Shown here in pieces: positions 60,687 to 64,000 of a stretch of DNA of 64,000 nt. Position numbers and translations under genes: made by a program. Source of the stretch: Prorocentrum cordatum (taxonomy: Eukaryota); contig CAUYUJ010000126.1 in the NCBI GenBank assembly GCA_963575745.1, forward strand, positions 558,001 through 622,000, read 5' to 3'. The stretch's first letter is position 1, and each line of letters opens with the position of its first letter. The notes below the pieces were generated by a model. That model had not been told where the DNA came from. It did not search any database and saw nothing but the letters and a program-made list of their open reading frames with translations.

Positions 60687-60743
60687 CTGGGTGCACTCTC
60701 CAATCCAAGTGCCCCGTCGCATTCGAAAGTGGGAGCAGAGCAA

Positions 60744-61277
60744 GGAGGCGGAGGAGGAGGAGGAGGAGGAGGAGGAGGAGGAGGAGGAGGCGGAGGAGGA
60801 GGAGGAGGAGGAGGAGGAGGAGGAGGAGGAGGAGAGGGAGGAGGAGGAGAGGGGAGGAGGAGGAGAGGGGGAGGAGGGGAGGAGGAGGAGGAGGAGGAGG
60901 AGGGGGAGGGGTAGGAGAGGAGAGGAAGAGCAAGGGAGGAGGAGGCGGAGGAGGAGGATCGAGGAGGCGGAGGAGGAGGAGGGAGGAGGAGGAGGAGGAG
61001 GAGGAGGAGGAGGAGGAGAGCGGAGGAGGAGGAGAGGAGGAGGAGGAGGAGGAGAGGAGGAGGAGGGAGGGGAGGGGGAGGGGGAGAGGAGGAGGAGGAG
61101 GAGGAGGAGGAGGAGGAGGAGGAGGAGGAGGAGAGGAGAAGGAGGAGGAGGCGGAGGAGGAGGATCGAGGAGGAGGAGGAGGAGGAGGAGGAGGAGGAGG
61201 AGGAGGAGGAGGAGGAGGGGGAGGTGGACGAGGAGGAGAGGCAGAGCAAGGAGGAGGAGGAGGAGGAGGAGGAGGAG
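60744..61277. repeat. (GAG)n imperfect microsatellite
   Basis: Directly visible. Confidence 0.95.
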
Positions 61278-61425
61278 GCCTGTGGCACTGCATGCCCAGG
61301 GCCAGGGAGGGCGACGCCGCGGCCACGAGCAGCCCGGGCCCCCCCGCGCCGCCCCGCAGCAGCATCCAGCGCGCCTCTCGCGGCGCGAGGGGGGGGCCGG
61401 CCCTGAGGGCCACGGGCCACGGGCC

Positions 61426-61578
61426 GCACGCAGGGAGTCCCGAGATCCAAGGCATTGAAAACATCGAGAGGAGGGTTTGTCGCAGCTTTCGGCCACTGGC
61501 CACTGGCTGCACGCAGGGAGTCCAGAGATCCAAGGCACTGAAAACATCAAGAGGAGGGTTTTTCGCAGCTTTCGGCCT
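61426..61578. repeat. ~83-bp tandem duplication
   Basis: GCACGCAGGGAGTCC.GAGATCCAAGGCA.TGAAAACATC..GAGGAGGGTTT.TCGCAGCTTTCGGCC occurs twice. Confidence 0.9.
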
Positions 61579-62700
61579 CTGAGGGCCCTCGCCAGGCCCC
61601 AGGACCGTCAAACAACGACTCGGGATGAAGAGCCGATCCTGGGGAGTGGGTCGAGACTGCCGCGGACCGCGCATCGACAAAATCACGACATCGGATCGCT
61701 GGGAGTGCTGCCAAAAGTGCCCCCGGCCAAGGGCGCCCCCGGGATTTCAAGGGAGGCCTCCGCGGCCTCCAGAGCACCCCTCACGAGGCCCAGAAGGCCC
61801 CCCTGGGGCTCCCAAACTTGAACGGAAAGCCAGGGCAGCCTGGGCCAGGGGCACCTTCGGCAGCCCCTGAAGGTGGCCCCCCGGCGGGAGTGGCCTCTGG
61901 TGCGCGGCCTCTGGGTGGCCCGCGAGGGGGCCAGACCCAAGCGCGCAGGCAGGCGCTCGGGAGGCCTCCGTAAGCCCGCACCACCTTGGAGGTCGCTGCG
62001 GTCCCAGACGCATGCGGTGACCTCAACAAACATCCCCGCGGACTCGCCACAGGACGTCGTCACACCCCAAGACATGGGTCCTGGACCCCGGGGCCGTCCC
62101 CGGGGACAAGCTTCTCACCCCGAGCCGCTGTCAACGGCCCCAGGGTGGAGGCAGGGGGCCAGCCCAGCGACGAAGCAGCCAGCGTCGCCCACTGCTGAGT
62201 ACGGACGGGCTTGCACGACGGCGAACGCTCCGCACTGCTGGGCTGCTCCGTGGGCAGATCAGCGACGCCGAGGAGGCCCCAAGAGGCCCACAAAAGGTCC
62301 CCCCGAGGCTCCCAAGAGACCGTCAAGAGGCCCCGAGTGGACGCCAAGATAACCCCAAGAATCTCCAAGACAACCCAAAAAATCGCTCAAGAGCAGAAAT
62401 TATTCGGCAAACTGTCCACCACCACTACCATATGTAGGACGGGGGAGAAGAGAGGATAAGGAGGTCCTCCTCCTCCTCCTCCTCCCTCAACCTCAACCTC
62501 AACATGAACCTCAACCTCAACCTCAACCTCCTCCTCCTCCTCCTCCTCCTCCTCCTCCTCCTCCTCCTCCTCCTCCTCCTCTTCCTCCTCCTCCTCCTCC
62601 TCCTCCTCCTCCTCCTCCTCCTCCTCCTCCTCCCTTCTCCCTCCTCCCTCCTCCCTCCTCCCTCCTCCCTCCTCCCTCCTCCCTCCTCCCTCCTCCCTCC

Positions 62701-63270
62701 TAACCGTCAACAGCAAAGGGAAGCCCTCGCTGCAGCTGCAGAGCACGAGACTTTTGATATCCTGTGGGCCTGTGGGAGTCAGGAGTCCCGCCAGCATGCG
62801 ACAGTCCTTTTCACAGTCTCCGTGCTGTCGAAGCCGAGGACGCGAAGGTTTGGAAATGCTTTTGGTGTGGAGAAGGTTTCTGCAAGCCTAAAGGTTTAAG
62901 AATGCACGTCAATAGATGTCATCATAGCAGAGTACACAGCATACGACGTATTCAAGGCAGCAGCACACAGTGTCCTACATGCAGGCAGCAGTTTGCACAC
63001 AGCGCCGCTTTAACGGCGCATCTGGCTTTCGACTCTGCCAAGGGTGCCCTTGGGTACTGGCTTTCCGACGTGAATTGCACGTACGAGGAGGCTAGAAACT
63101 TGAACGAGGCGGAGGATAGGAGGCTTACTGCACAGAGGAAGGCAGGTCAAGGGAGGTGGCGCACGGAGTGTCCTGCATTCAGAGGCCCTGGAGAGTGCCC
63201 CCAAGCTGTTCGCGATAGTCTTGAAGCCCTCAGTTCAGAGCAAGTTCGAGATATTCTAATATTCTTCTAG
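62701..63270 (+). pseudogene. LINE C-terminal region with two C2H2-like zinc fingers (5'-truncated at a CCT tract)
   Basis: WKCFWCGEGFCKPKGLRMHVNRCH and QCPTCRQQFAHSAALTAHL; a frameshift at ~63265 leads into the methyltransferase frame. Confidence 0.7.
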
Positions 63271-64000
63271 GCGCAGATGCTGCGCTTCCGCCGCCCCAGC
63301 TCAGAGCAGAGTACCTCAAAATGTTCACGGAAGCACAGGCTCCTGAAGGTACTGGGCCCGATAGAGACCTCCCACCTTTCCTTTACAATCCTGCTGGTTG
63401 TTCTGGAGTTGCCGCCATACAGATTCCTACCAGAGTACAGCGCTGCACGTTTTTCGTTCTCAACCTCTACTGCGGACGCAGACGTGCAGGAGACATCCAG
63501 TGGCACATCGAATACTCGATTGCCTCACCTTCAGTGGAGCTCGTAGTTCTCAGTGTAGACATTGCGATAGATGAAGTTCGAGGCGACCTGACTAGAGAAG
63601 CTACCATACTAGAATGGGCTGAACACATACGTTGTCATCGTGTTATTAACTCAGGGTGGGCGCCATGTGAAACTTGGTCGGCCTCTCGGTGGCAAGAAGG
63701 TGGCCCCCCACACTCAGGACGCTTCAGTACGTATGGGGAGTTCCATGGGCCACTAGACCACTAGACGTCAATCTGAGCAAGTACGTATAGGTTCGCAGCT
63801 GTTTCATGCACTCGTTCGGCTTCTAGCGGAGCACCTTCGAGCAGGAACGTCTGGATGGCTAGAGCATCCTGTTTGCCCGACATGGGCACGAGGAGCGCCA
63901 GCGTTGTTTGAATGGAAGCCTATGCAAGCGATATGGTCAGCACCGTGTGCGGCCAGAACCACATTTGATCAGTGCGAACACCAGCCAGCAGGTACGGATC
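63270..64000 (+). pseudogene. C5-cytosine DNA methyltransferase domain of a DNMT-carrying LINE; frameshifted, runs off the window
   Basis: Motif I-like VLNLYCGRRRAGD, II SVDIAID, III GDL, catalytic IV APCETWS; after repairing a slip at ~63705 and the 8-bp duplication CCACTAGA (63751-63766): LRTLQYVWGVP..QVRIGSQL..VI-like WLEHP..FDQC. Confidence 0.8.

Overview
Repeat-dominated, GC-rich eukaryotic genomic DNA, most likely a dinoflagellate (inferred from AG|G splice contexts with GC/GA donors, a DNMT-carrying LINE, and very dense (CCT)n/(GAC)n tracts; Prorocentrum-like is a guess). Almost all ORFs in the supplied track are artefacts of low-complexity repeats. Supportable protein-coding content is three non-LTR retrotransposon pieces: (i) a decayed APE-endonuclease 5' part at ~190-1800 (+); (ii) a young RT + CCHC + RNase H element at ~12660-17250 (-) broken by a single 1-nt frameshift, with a multi-hairpin 3' region and a (CCT)n tail; (iii) a C2H2-finger + cytosine DNA methyltransferase 3' part at 62701-64000 (+), frameshifted and running off the window. 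Short exon-like fragments of intron-rich host genes or pseudogenes are scattered throughout. The non-coding DNA contains: four complete (plus partial) non-autonomous elements sharing Helitron2/Helentron-like ends with co-varying asymmetric inverted repeats; a ~165-bp TIR element family with NAG flanks that looks like an intron-generating introner; at least seven MITE/foldback families, some nested; several satellites (63, 73, ~82, 431 bp); and a degenerate repeat-spacer-like array. No rRNA, tRNA or CRISPR-Cas was seen. All calls were made by eye; no database searches were run.
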